From: Candidatus Eiseniibacteriota bacterium
GTDB taxonomy: Bacteria > Eisenbacteria > RBG-16-71-46
DNA length: 64,000 nt
NCBI GenBank assembly: GCA_044223005.1
Contig: JBGAML010000008.1
Coordinates: forward strand, 15,956 to 79,955
Direction: 5' to 3'
Part shown: positions 1-9,721 of the stretch, one piece after another
Numbering within the stretch: position 1 is the first letter of the stretch
How the letters are laid out: each line of letters opens with the position of its first letter
The notes under the pieces: model-generated
Seen by the model: only the letters and a program-made list of their open reading frames with translations
Told to the model about the DNA's origin: nothing
Databases searched by the model: none
Program-made: the position numbers and the translations under genes

Positions 1-1018
1 CCTGCAGCACCAGCTCGACGCCGCGGCGCGCGGCGCCGGCCGAGTAGGCCTCGATCACGCTCTCGACCGTGGCGCGGAGGTCGAACCGGGCGGGTTCGAG
101 CAGCAGCGCGCCGCCGTCGGAGCTCGCGAAGTCGAGCACTTCGTTCACGCCGGACACCAGCGACTCGCACGCGGCGAGCGCGTTCTCGGCCAGTTCGAGC
201 TGGTCGGCGTCGAGCGCCGAGTCGACCAGCAGCTGCAGCGTGCCGAGCACGCTGTTGAGCGGTGTCCGCATCGACGTCCCGATGCCGGCCAGGAACTCGG
301 TCTTCGCCCGTTCCGCGGCCTGCAGCGCTTCGCGTGCGGCGGTCAGCTCCTGGTTGCGGGCCTGGAGCGCGATCACGCGCCGCTCGAGATCCTGGATCCG
401 GTTGTTCGGCGAGTCCGCCGAAGTGGTGTGGGCGGCGAGCCGGGCGGCCGCGCGCCGGCGGGCGAGTTCCGCCGCGAGCCGCTCCAGCACCGGTGCCAGC
501 GCGGACGGCAGGGCGGCCGCGGGGTGCGAATCGGGCGGGTCGAGCACGGCGAGCACTCCGGGGAGCAGCGCGCCCGGCGCCTGCAGCCCGATCGCCACGA
601 TGCGGTGGGCGCTGCCGGGGAACATCGTCTCCGCGGCGAGCGACTCGGCCTCGCGGCCCGTGCACTCGACCCACTCCTCTTCGCCCCGCGCGATCGGCGC
701 GAACGGCGAGGGGGCGAGCTCGAGGGCGAATGGCTCCTCGCGACGGCCGCGGATCACGGTGGCGATGCCCCGCAGCTCGACGCCGTCTTCGGCGATCTCG
801 GCGATCACGATGCCGCGCGCTTCGAGCGCGTCGGCGAGCCCTTCGGCGACGTTCCAGAGGAACTCGTCCGCGCTCACGGACGCGCCGGCGACGCACAGCT
901 GTGCGGCGAGCGTTCCGGGATCGGGCAGGGCCGGCGCCGGCCGGCGGGCCCGCGGAGTGGAGCGGGAGGGATTCGTGCGCGCGCGTGCGGCGGTCTTGCG
1001 GCGGGGGCGTTTCGGCAT
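1..1018 (-). CDS. Sensor histidine kinase-like protein (putative GAF-like region + HisKA), 3'-truncated by the window edge; phospho-His replaced
   Basis: Manual translation from ATG 1018 is open to the edge: ...AERAKTEFLAGIGTSMRTPLNSVLGTLQLL...EVLDFASSDGGALLLEPARFDLRATVE, matching the HisKA pattern [21 protein letters not shown]. Confidence 0.8.
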   Translation of the reverse strand, partial: MPKRPRRKTAARARTNPSRSTPRARRPAPALPDPGTLAAQLCVAGASVSADEFLWNVAEGLADALEARGIVIAEIAEDGVELRGIATVIRGRREEPFALELAPSPFAPIARGEEEWVECTGREAESLAAETMFPGSAHRIVAIGLQAPGALLPGVLAVLDPPDSHPAAALPSALAPVLERLAAELARRRAAARLAAHTTSADSPNNRIQDLERRVIALQARNQELTAAREALQAAERAKTEFLAGIGTSMRTPLNSVLGTLQLLVDSALDADQLELAENALAACESLVSGVNEVLDFASSDGGALLLEPARFDLRATVESVIEAYSAGAARRGVELVLQ

Positions 1019-1284
1019 CGTCGTTCTCCGGCCCGAAGGAGCATGAAGCGACGCGTGAATCGTTCACGCATCGATCCACGGGCGGACCCGGGGAACGGCT
1101 GCCCGGCGCAGGCGCGCGCACGCCCACCGAACGACCCCTCTCCACCGCGGTCCGTCCGCGGTGAAAACACGGCGCGCGGGGTTCCTCGACGAGGCCGGGC
1201 TCTTCCCGTCCGAACGGGGGGATCGCGGCACTGCGGGGGACACCACACGTTCCCCCGTTTCATCGGCCGCGACCGGGGCGGGCT

Positions 1285-2841
1285 TCAGGTCTTCTGCTTC
1301 TTCTTCTCCGCCGCCGGAAACAGGACGTTGTTCAGGATGAGCCGATAGCCCGGAGAATGCGGGAACTCGTCCAGCCTGGTCGCGGGGTCCCCGACCATGT
1401 GCTGGTAGTCCTCGGGGTCGTGGCCGCCGAGGAACGTGAAGGTGCCGCGCCCGAATTGGCCGTGGACGTACTTCACCTCGTCCGCGCCTTCGACCTCGGC
1501 GAGCACCGTGACGCCCGGTTTGAGCGTGGCGCGATGGAACCCGGTCGACTGGCCGAGGAACTCGGGGATCGCGTTCACGTGGTCCTGCGTGAGCATCGTG
1601 GGCACCGGGTCGTTCTTGGCGCTGAAGTCGAACAGCGTGAACACGGTGTTGGGTCCGCGCAGGTTCGCCTCGGCGGTGCAGTCGATGTCCGAAAAACGGT
1701 AGGCGATCGGGTCCATCTCGAGGTGGAAGTTCCGGAACGCCAGCGTGCGCGAGAAGTCGAGCTTGGACTGCGCGGAAGGGTCCGGCGGATCGCCGTCGTA
1801 GATCACGTCCGCGATGTCCACGCCCGCGGCCGCGAGCGCGATGTCGTACGTGTCGGTCGCGGAGCACATGCCGAACATGAAACCGCCGCGATCGACCCAG
1901 TCGCGGATCGTCAGGGCCACGGCCGCCTTGAGCTGCGTCACCTTCGCGTAGCCGAGCTTCGCGGCCATCGCCTTCTGGACCGTCTCCTCCTCCTGGTACC
2001 ACGGGAACGTGTGGTAGGCGCCCCAGAACTTGCCGTGCTGCCCGGTGAAGTCCTCGTGATGCAGGTGCAGCCAGTCGTACTTGGCGAGATCGCCCTTGAG
2101 GACCTCTTCGTCCCACACGCGCGTGTAGGGGATGTTGGCGTAGTCGAGCGCGAGCGTGACCGCGTCGTCCCACGGCGGGCTGTTGGGCGGGATGTAGACG
2201 GCGACGCGCGGGGCCTTCTCGAGCGCGACCGTCTCCATGTTGGCGTCGGCGACCTCGGCGCGCATCGCCGCTTCGTCGGAACCCGACATCTCCTGCAGCG
2301 AGACGCCGCGGATGTTGGCCTCGCGCACGATCGCCTCTTCCTCGGGCAGCAGGAAGGAGCCGCCGCGATAGTTGAGCAGCCACTCGGCCTTGCCGCCCTG
2401 CTGCAGCACCCAGAACGTCAGCCCGTACGCCTTGAGGTGGTTCGTCTGGTGATCGTCCATCGGCACCAGCAGCTTGGCGTGAGCGGTGGCCGGGGCGAGC
2501 GCGGCGCCGAGCAGCGCGAGCGCGAGCACGAGCGGCAGCGCCTCGACCACCTCGGCGTACGAGCGCGCATCGGTTTGCGGCGCCGCGGGAGGCGCATCGC
2601 CCGGTGCCGTCGCGTCCGGCTCGGGAGCCACCGGCTCCGGCGCGCCGGGCGCGGGTCCGCCGAAACGGAAGACGCGCACGTTGCGGCGTGCGCCCGGCAG
2701 GGCGAGGAGCGCGAGGCCGAGCGTCACGAGCGCGACCAGCACGAGCGGGATCGCGGCCAGGCCCGCGACGACCGTGCCGAGCGGGCCCGGGCGCGAGCCG
2801 CCGCTGCGGCCGAGCGATGCGTTGCCGAGACGGAGCCTCAC
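1285..2841 (-). CDS. Exported class I glutamine amidotransferase-like protein (family often auto-labelled 'asparagine synthetase B'), with N-terminal TM/Pro-rich extension
   Basis: GTG overlaps the upstream stop (GTGA); mature region KLLVPMDDHQTNHLKAYG...WLLNYRGGSF...DWLHLHHEDFTGQHGKF...GMCSA...GGHDPED; alternative start near 2550. Confidence 0.7.
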   Translation of the reverse strand: MRLRLGNASLGRSGGSRPGPLGTVVAGLAAIPLVLVALVTLGLALLALPGARRNVRVFRFGGPAPGAPEPVAPEPDATAPGDAPPAAPQTDARSYAEVVEALPLVLALALLGAALAPATAHAKLLVPMDDHQTNHLKAYGLTFWVLQQGGKAEWLLNYRGGSFLLPEEEAIVREANIRGVSLQEMSGSDEAAMRAEVADANMETVALEKAPRVAVYIPPNSPPWDDAVTLALDYANIPYTRVWDEEVLKGDLAKYDWLHLHHEDFTGQHGKFWGAYHTFPWYQEEETVQKAMAAKLGYAKVTQLKAAVALTIRDWVDRGGFMFGMCSATDTYDIALAAAGVDIADVIYDGDPPDPSAQSKLDFSRTLAFRNFHLEMDPIAYRFSDIDCTAEANLRGPNTVFTLFDFSAKNDPVPTMLTQDHVNAIPEFLGQSTGFHRATLKPGVTVLAEVEGADEVKYVHGQFGRGTFTFLGGHDPEDYQHMVGDPATRLDEFPHSPGYRLILNNVLFPAAEKKKQKT

Positions 2842-4562
2842 AGGCGGTGGTCCTTTCGCAACTGCTCGAGCCGGCGCCGCACCTCGGCGGCGTTCCACGC
2901 GCGCGGATAGCGCGCGAGACATTCCTCGAACTGCGCGATCGCGCCGCGTGAGTCGCCGAGCGCCTGGTAGGCCTCGCCCGCGCGCTGGCGCGCGAGCGGC
3001 GCGAGCCGGTCGCCGGGCAGCGAGTCCGCGACCGCCGCGAGCGGCAGCAGCGCTTCGCGCCATGCGCCCGCTTCGGCGCGCACGCCGTACGCCTGCATCG
3101 CGGCCTGCGCGTAGCTGGGCGACGTCCGCGGCAGCACGGTCCAGAGCGAGTCGGCGAGCACGCGTGCGCGCGGGGCGTCGCCGCGCCAGCGGGCGTAGGC
3201 GATCGCCCCGAGCGCGCCGAGTGTCGCGTGGTCCGGCTCCTCCTCGATCAGGTAGGCGCGCTCCAGCGCCGAGAGCGCGTCGGGGGACGAGCCGTCCTCC
3301 GAGAGACGCTGGTCGACCGCGTGTGCGGAGTCCACGAGCCCGGCGAAGAAGAGCGCTTCGGCCTGCATCCAGCGCGCTCCGGGCCACGCCCGGGCGAGCG
3401 AGTCGAGGCCGGGCAGCGCGCGCGCGGGCGGTCCCTCGCGCAGGACGGTGAGCAGCCGTTCGAGCTCGAGTTCGGGCGCGCCGCGGAGCACCGCGCTTCC
3501 CTTCGCGAGCAGCGCCTCGGCCTGGGGCCCGCGGCCGGAGCCGCGCAGCTCGCGCGCCACTTCGAGCAGCAGCGGCGAGCCCCACTGGTCGGCGGGCACA
3601 TCGGCGAGCGTGCGCGCGACGTCGCTCGCGAGCGCGCCGCGCGCGCCGGCGGGCGCGAGGTCGAGCGCGCGCTGCGCGAGCCCGGCCCGCACCGCGCCGG
3701 GCGCCGACGTCTCGCCGGCCGCGCTCGCGAGCGCGCGCCACGCGGCCGCGGAGTCGGCGGGGTTCTCGCCGCGCAGCGCGTCGTCGGCGAAGGTCACGCG
3801 CAGCGTGATCGACCGGCGTGCCGCATCGGCCGCGGCGAGCGCCCGGATCGCGTCGTCGATCCGGCCCTGGCGCGCGAGCAGCAGTGCGTGGCCGCGCACG
3901 AGGTCGCTGCGCCACGGGCGCACGGTCGCGGCGGCGCGCACGGCCTCCGTGACGCCGCGCGCGTCGGCCGGGGCGAGCCGCAGGATCTCCTCGCGGGCCC
4001 ATTCGCCGTCGGCGGGCGAGCAGATCCACGTCTCGAGCGCGACGGCCGCCGCCTCGCGTGGCCGGCCCTGGTGCTCGAGCGCGCCCGCCAGCTCGCGCGA
4101 TCCCGCGAGCGAATCGTGCGCGAACGTACGGTACGCCCGCAGGCGCGTGACCGCGTCCGCCTCGCGCCCCAGCGCGACTTCCGTCCGGGCGAACTCCAGT
4201 TGCACGCTGCCGTGATGCGGGACCTCGCGGTCGAGCACGAGCAGCGTGTCGCGGGCGCGTGCGGCGAGACCGCCCTGGCGCATCGCGGTCGCCATGCGGA
4301 GCCGGAACGTCTGCTGCGGGGTGAGCGGTGGCGAGAGGCGCTGGAAGCGCGTGATCTCGCCGCCCTCGGCGGCGGAGAGCAGCAGCGGCAGGTCGCGCTC
4401 GCGCACGCGCGTGCCCGGGAGGAACGGTCCGCCCGTGGGCGTGCCGCCGCGCGGCGGCGGGGGCGGAGCCTGCGGTTTCTGCGGCTGCTGTGCGTGCGCG
4501 GACGGCGTGGCGGCGAGCACGAGCAGCATCGCCGCGGCCGCCGCGAGGCGGCGGGCGGTCAC
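2838..4562 (-). CDS. Exported TPR-like helical repeat protein
   Basis: GTG coupled to the upstream TGA; signal peptide ending PSAHA; Ala/Leu helical repeats; C-terminal AIAQFEECLARYPRAWNAAEVRRRL. Confidence 0.7.
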   Translation of the reverse strand: MTARRLAAAAAMLLVLAATPSAHAQQPQKPQAPPPPPRGGTPTGGPFLPGTRVRERDLPLLLSAAEGGEITRFQRLSPPLTPQQTFRLRMATAMRQGGLAARARDTLLVLDREVPHHGSVQLEFARTEVALGREADAVTRLRAYRTFAHDSLAGSRELAGALEHQGRPREAAAVALETWICSPADGEWAREEILRLAPADARGVTEAVRAAATVRPWRSDLVRGHALLLARQGRIDDAIRALAAADAARRSITLRVTFADDALRGENPADSAAAWRALASAAGETSAPGAVRAGLAQRALDLAPAGARGALASDVARTLADVPADQWGSPLLLEVARELRGSGRGPQAEALLAKGSAVLRGAPELELERLLTVLREGPPARALPGLDSLARAWPGARWMQAEALFFAGLVDSAHAVDQRLSEDGSSPDALSALERAYLIEEEPDHATLGALGAIAYARWRGDAPRARVLADSLWTVLPRTSPSYAQAAMQAYGVRAEAGAWREALLPLAAVADSLPGDRLAPLARQRAGEAYQALGDSRGAIAQFEECLARYPRAWNAAEVRRRLEQLRKDHRL

Positions 4563-7500
4563 TGCGGGCTCCCGTTCAGGCGCTGCAGGTAGCGCTCGAT
4601 CAGCGCGCGGTACTGCGCAGGGTAGCGGTCGGCGTCGGCCTTCATCAGGTCCAGCCGGAGCCGGTCGCTCTCGCGCAGCATCGCGGCGGGCAGCGGCGCA
4701 GGCGAGACGCGCGCGACGTCCTCGCCCGGGCGCGACTCGCGCTGCGGATCGAAGTCGCGGCGGTTGATCGACCGCTGCGCGTCGAGCAGCCGCGACAGGA
4801 TCCGGTTCTGCCGCTCCTCGAGATCGCTGCTGGGCGGCAGTCCCTGGCGCAGTTCCTCCTCGACGTCCTGCATGTCGTGCTGCGCCTGGTCCAGGCGCCC
4901 GAGCAGCTGGTGCTTGGCCTGGTCCTCGCGCTGGATGTCCTCGAGCTCCGAGCGCAGCCGCGCCTGTTCCTCGGCGAGCCGGCGCATCTCGCCCTGGTCG
5001 CCCTCCGAGAGCCGCATCGCCTGCGAGAGTCGCCGGGCCAGTTCGCTCGAACGTTCGTTGAGCTGTCCCTGCTGCTGGCCGAGCTGGCCCAGCCGCTCGC
5101 CCGGGGTCGGACGCGAGCCCGGTCCGGGGCCGGGCTGCTGGCCACCCTTCTGGCACATGCTCGATTCGGCGTCGCGCAGCGCGGCGACGGCTTCGCGCAG
5201 CGCCGCGGTCGCACCGTCGCCCATCTGCTGGCCGCGCGCGCGATTGCCCTGCGAGAGTTCGCGCCCGGACTGCTGCAGGTTCTGCATCGCCTTCCCGAGC
5301 GACTGCTGCACCTGCGGCGAAAGCAGCGGTGTCTCCTGTGCCAGCGACGCCAGCGAGTCGGCCACGCGGGCGACGCCCTCGGAGAGGTCGGTCTGGCGCC
5401 CGGCCTGCTCCTCGCTGGACTGCGACGAGCTGCCGCTCGACGACATGTTGCGCGTCGCCTCCTGCCCGAGCGACACGAGGTCCTGCGCCGAGCGCCGCAC
5501 CGCGGCGAGCTGGCGCGCCTGGCGCATCTGCTGCTCCATCGAACTGCTGCGCGCCATGCGTTCGCCGGCGCGCGAAAGACTCTCGCTCGCCTGCTCGCCC
5601 GACTTCTGCGCCTTGCCGCTCTGCCCGGACTGGCTCTGCTCCGCCGCCTGCTGCTGGTCGGACGCCGCCTGCTGCTCGAGTTCCTGCGCCGCGGACTCGA
5701 GGTCCTGCTTGGAATCCGGGCTCGCCGTCTGCGCCGCGGCGTCGCGCGCGTCCTTCGCGAGCTGCTGGCTCTCCTGCGCCGCCTCGCGTTGCTGCTGCGC
5801 CGCGTCTTCGCGCTGCTGCTGCGGCGACTGGCCGTCGCGCGGCGGCGCGTCGGGGCGCGCGAGCGCCTGGTGTTCGCGGTTGAGCGCGTCCTGGCGTGCC
5901 TTGAGCTCCTCGGCACGGCGGGCGAGGGCGTCGATCCGCTCCTCGTCGCGGAGCTGGCGCAGCAGCGCGAGGTTGCGCTCGAGGTTCTGGAGCATCTCGC
6001 GATTGGCGTCGCGCAGCTTCGGCAGTTCGCGTTCGGTGGCCGTGCGATCCATCTTCTCGAGCGCCTGGCGCATGCGCTCCATCGCCTGCTTGAACTCGGG
6101 CGACTGGATCTGCTGCATGAGCTCGGACATCTCGTGCATCTTCTGCTGCAGCTGGTCGCGGAACGCCTGGCGCTCGGCGGCGTCGGAGGCCGCCTGGTGC
6201 GTCTCGGCCGCCGCCTTCTCGAGCTGCTCGGCGAGCGCCTGCTGGCGTTCGAGCGCCTTGCGCATCTCCTCGGTGCGCTCGTACTGCGGCGGCGACTGCA
6301 CGCCGGCGCGCGGCTGCTGGCGCTGCAGCTGGTCGAGCGTCTTCTGCAGCTCGCGCGCCTGGTCGGCGACCTGGCGCAGCGTCTGGGCGGCGCGGTCCTG
6401 CCGCTGGTCGATGCCGCGATAGAGGTCGGCCATCGACGGGAAGCGCAGGCGGAACTCGGAGCTCGTCGCCACGCCCGGCCCGCCGACGCGGTCGTTGTCG
6501 CGCACCACGAAGCGGAACGTACCCGTCTCCCCGGGCAGCAGGCCGAGCACGCCCGCGTCCCAGCCCGCGGCCACGTGCGCCTCGCGCGGCTGGCCCGAGA
6601 ACGCGGCGATCGGCACGTCGGTCCACGGCCGCGTCGCCTCCTTGCGCCACTGCAGCCGCAGGTCCGAGAGCCCGAGGTCGTCCTGCACCAGCACGTCGTA
6701 GGGCACTTGCGAGCCGCTCGGCAGGTCCTGGTCGCCGCCGGGGCGTGCGACGGTGATCACGGGCGGCGCGTCGGCGAGCGCGCTCACACGCCAGCGCCAC
6801 GTGCCGCCGCCGGTCGAGCTCTCGGCGCGCAGCGTCCACTCGCCGTCCGCGTCGACGGGCACGTGTCCGCGCCAGCGGCGCGGCGTGATCGCGGACCATG
6901 CGCGCGCGGCGCCGCCCCGCACGGTGGCGGAGAGCGCTTCGAGGTCGCGATCGAACGTGACCTCGACGTCGGCGACCGAGCCGCGCAGCGCGGCGAGGTC
7001 GCCGCTCGTCGACGTGCCGGACTGGACGGGCAGGCGAGCGTAGGCCGGCGCCCGGTAGTCGAACGAGAAGCTGACCGGCTGCGGCTGCCCGGCGAGGTCG
7101 ATCCGGTATTCCGGGCTGCTGGTGCGCACCACGCGCACGGCGTAGCGGCGCGCGCGCGTGACGGGCGGCAGGTCGAACCGCCAGCGGTGCACGCCGTGCT
7201 CCACCGCCTCGAGCTGCGCGACCGGCCGCGCGCCGTCGCCGAGCAGCTTCGGCGCCGCGTCCGTGCCACCGACGCGCGCGCGGATCGACAGCGTCGCGCC
7301 CGGGGCGACCTGCACCGAGCCCGGCTCGACGGCGAGTGAAACGGGCGGCGCGGCGAGCGTCGGGTCCCAGAGCGTGCGCCACGAGCGCAGCGTGGCGTGC
7401 GGTGCGATCGCGGCGGCGAGCGCGATCGCGGCGGTGGCGCCGAGCGCCAGCAGCAGCGGGCCGCGAGGCCGCACCGCCGGCCGCGCGGTCGCGAGCGGCG

Positions 7501-7909
7501 TCGCGCCGAGACGGTTCGCGGCCTCGTCGCGCAGCGCACCCGCGAGCGCCGCGGAGGTGCGCGTGTCCGGGGCGGATTCGAGGTCGAGGGCGTTGCGCAG
7601 CCACGAGCGCAGTGCCGGGAAGCGGTCCTCGAGACTTTCCATCCACGCGTCGAATCGCGGCAGCGTGGCGAGCGTGCGCTCGGCGGTCCACCCCAGCACC
7701 GCGAGCGCCGCCAGCACGAACAGCGCGAGGCGCGCGCTGGCCGCGCCGACGCCCGCGCGCACCGCGAGACCGGCGATCACCGCGCCGGAGAGCAGCACGG
7801 CGACGCCGGCGAACGCGCGCAGCGCGTGGCGCAGCATGACCGCGCGCCGCACCACCGCGTGTTCGCGGTGGAGGCGTGCCCGCAGCGGAGCGGTGGCGCG
7901 TTCGGTCAT
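4559..7909 (-). CDS. DUF4175-like membrane-anchored protein (N-terminal TMs, Ig-like region, long Q/E-rich coiled coil)
   Basis: 1116 aa; DAPP..DDLGL motif, DNDRVGGP, Gln-rich coiled coil, RQNRILSRLLDAQRS, C-terminal YPAQYRALIERYLQRL. Confidence 0.75.
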   Translation of the reverse strand: MTERATAPLRARLHREHAVVRRAVMLRHALRAFAGVAVLLSGAVIAGLAVRAGVGAASARLALFVLAALAVLGWTAERTLATLPRFDAWMESLEDRFPALRSWLRNALDLESAPDTRTSAALAGALRDEAANRLGATPLATARPAVRPRGPLLLALGATAAIALAAAIAPHATLRSWRTLWDPTLAAPPVSLAVEPGSVQVAPGATLSIRARVGGTDAAPKLLGDGARPVAQLEAVEHGVHRWRFDLPPVTRARRYAVRVVRTSSPEYRIDLAGQPQPVSFSFDYRAPAYARLPVQSGTSTSGDLAALRGSVADVEVTFDRDLEALSATVRGGAARAWSAITPRRWRGHVPVDADGEWTLRAESSTGGGTWRWRVSALADAPPVITVARPGGDQDLPSGSQVPYDVLVQDDLGLSDLRLQWRKEATRPWTDVPIAAFSGQPREAHVAAGWDAGVLGLLPGETGTFRFVVRDNDRVGGPGVATSSEFRLRFPSMADLYRGIDQRQDRAAQTLRQVADQARELQKTLDQLQRQQPRAGVQSPPQYERTEEMRKALERQQALAEQLEKAAAETHQAASDAAERQAFRDQLQQKMHEMSELMQQIQSPEFKQAMERMRQALEKMDRTATERELPKLRDANREMLQNLERNLALLRQLRDEERIDALARRAEELKARQDALNREHQALARPDAPPRDGQSPQQQREDAAQQQREAAQESQQLAKDARDAAAQTASPDSKQDLESAAQELEQQAASDQQQAAEQSQSGQSGKAQKSGEQASESLSRAGERMARSSSMEQQMRQARQLAAVRRSAQDLVSLGQEATRNMSSSGSSSQSSEEQAGRQTDLSEGVARVADSLASLAQETPLLSPQVQQSLGKAMQNLQQSGRELSQGNRARGQQMGDGATAALREAVAALRDAESSMCQKGGQQPGPGPGSRPTPGERLGQLGQQQGQLNERSSELARRLSQAMRLSEGDQGEMRRLAEEQARLRSELEDIQREDQAKHQLLGRLDQAQHDMQDVEEELRQGLPPSSDLEERQNRILSRLLDAQRSINRRDFDPQRESRPGEDVARVSPAPLPAAMLRESDRLRLDLMKADADRYPAQYRALIERYLQRLNGSPQ

Positions 7910-7931
7910 GAGGCCCTTGCCGGTCGGGAGG

Positions 7932-8615
7932 TCAGTGGGTGAGCGCGTACTGCACGATGTTGATGGCCATGCGCGTCGCGAGTTCGCGCTTCTCGGGCGG
8001 GTCGTGGTGCACGTCCTCGTCCTCGAGCCCGTCGCCGAGGTCGCAGTCGAAGCTGAACAGCACGCAGAGCCGCCCGCCGCGGACGATGCCGAACGCGCGT
8101 GCGGGCCCGCCGTCGTGCTCGTGAACCTTCGGCAGTCCGGACGCGAAGTCGTACGCCTGGTGGAACACCGGATGATCGAACGGCAGCTCCACGAGTTCCG
8201 CGTCGGGGAACGTGCGCGCCATCTCGCGGCGGAACGACGGCGCGATCCCGAAGTCGTCGTCGACCCAGAGGAAGCCGCCGGCGTCCAGCCAGCGCCGGAC
8301 GTTGGCGGCCTCGGCGTCGCTGAACTTGAGGTTGCCGTGGCCCGCGGCGAACACGAACGGGTACTGGAAGAGCGCGGCCGAACCGGGCTCGACGACGGCC
8401 GCGTCGTCGCCGGCGACGGCGATCGACGTGCGGGCCCGGAGCGCGCTCATGAGGTTGCGCAGCGACGTCTGGTCGCCGTACCAGTCGCCGCCCCCACCGT
8501 ATTTCAGGCGCGCGATGCCGAACGCGCGCGCGCCGGGCGGCGTGGGTGAACCCGCGGCCGGTGCGGCGACGGCGAAGGCGAGGACGAGCGCGAGGATGGA
8601 GGCGCCGCGGAGCAT
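7932..8615 (-). CDS. DUF4159 domain protein, exported
   Basis: Signal peptide; ARLKYGGGGDWY, YPF, GHG, GGFLWVDD, DHPVF, GLPKVHEHDG, DLGDG motifs. Confidence 0.85.
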   Translation of the reverse strand: MLRGASILALVLAFAVAAPAAGSPTPPGARAFGIARLKYGGGGDWYGDQTSLRNLMSALRARTSIAVAGDDAAVVEPGSAALFQYPFVFAAGHGNLKFSDAEAANVRRWLDAGGFLWVDDDFGIAPSFRREMARTFPDAELVELPFDHPVFHQAYDFASGLPKVHEHDGGPARAFGIVRGGRLCVLFSFDCDLGDGLEDEDVHHDPPEKRELATRMAINIVQYALTH

Positions 8616-8621
8616 GCCCCG

Positions 8622-8630
8622 ATGATAGCA
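8622..8630 (-). promoter_or_regulatory. Extended -10 promoter (TGcTATCAT), probably leaderless transcript
   Basis: Hexamer ends 6 nt before ATG 8615; no SD sequence. Confidence 0.55.
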
Positions 8631-8730
8631 AGAGGGGAGGGCCGGGTGGGCCCTCCCCTCGCACGATCGTGGCTTCCGGGCCGCCGAAAGTCGGGCAACG
8701 GGGCCCGGACGTTCGGACGGGGTCAAGACA

Positions 8731-9705
8731 TCATTTCGCCGGTGTCACCGCTTGCGCACCGAGCGGGTAGTACCGGTAGGTCCCGTCGAGCTGCTGGCGT
8801 CCGGACGAGCCCGACATCCAGCCGATCACCGAGCCCTCGGAGTTCACCGCTGTGATGCGGACGAGATACTCCTGTCCACGGATCGGCGCCCGCAGCGTGA
8901 CCACGTCCGCGCCCGGATCGCCGAGCTTGTACGACGTCGCGCCGCCGGGGACGTAGCCGACGAAGTAGTGCGTCACGTGGCCGTCCCACACCGGCGACGG
9001 CGTGCCGCTCGCGATCTTCTCGTCGACGGTCGCCGTGTTCTTGAACTGGTACACGTCGATCCAGTAGCCCGCCGCGCCGGAGACCGGCGTCCACTGCATC
9101 GGGAACAGCGAGTCCGCGGGAGCCGTGGGCGCGAGGAAGCGGATCGACTGCTTCGGCATTTCCGTGAGGCTCTGCGCGCGGTTCGAGAGCGGCGAGCTCG
9201 CCGTCACGGTGCCGCCGAGCAGGCCGCGGGCCTGGTAGGTCGGCGGCGAGTACGACGACGGGTGCCGGTCGATCAGCGAGTACAGCTCCCAGCCGTTCGA
9301 CAGCCACTTCTCCAGCGGCGAGATCGTGTAGTCCGTCACCGCTTCGTAGCCGCCGTTCGAGGCCGTGCGGTAGAGCTGGAACCCGTTCGCGTTCGTCCGG
9401 TCGAGCAGCATCGTGTACAGGGTGCCGGGGCCGGTGCGGTAGTTGAGCGGGCGGGCGAAGATCGTGTCGGGTTCGTTGTCCGGGTCCGTCGACGGGCCGA
9501 CGCCACCGAGGTCCATCCAGACGACCAGGGTGTCCGGAGCTTCCTGCCAAACCACCAGCCGAGCGTCGGAGTTGGGCGTGCCCTCGAGCGTCCGGAACTT
9601 GGCGTCGACGCTCGTGGACTTGGTCGCGCAGCCCGCCATCAGGGCCAGCGCGCCCGCCGCGAGCATCGCGAACGCGATGCGGCGCGGCGTCGGGAAGAAT
9701 TTCAT
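8731..9705 (-). CDS. Lipoprotein of unknown function
   Basis: Lipobox LMAG|C after a hydrophobic signal; beta-rich body; follows secF closely. Confidence 0.75.
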   Translation of the reverse strand: MKFFPTPRRIAFAMLAAGALALMAGCATKSTSVDAKFRTLEGTPNSDARLVVWQEAPDTLVVWMDLGGVGPSTDPDNEPDTIFARPLNYRTGPGTLYTMLLDRTNANGFQLYRTASNGGYEAVTDYTISPLEKWLSNGWELYSLIDRHPSSYSPPTYQARGLLGGTVTASSPLSNRAQSLTEMPKQSIRFLAPTAPADSLFPMQWTPVSGAAGYWIDVYQFKNTATVDEKIASGTPSPVWDGHVTHYFVGYVPGGATSYKLGDPGADVVTLRAPIRGQEYLVRITAVNSEGSVIGWMSGSSGRQQLDGTYRYYPLGAQAVTPAK

Positions 9706-9721
9706 GATCGACCTTTCGTCT

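Noticed and set aside
1255..1290. Possible sigma28 promoter (TGAAG...GCCGATGA) on the minus strand
   Set aside because: Spacing is off consensus and it overlaps a stop codon; insufficient support
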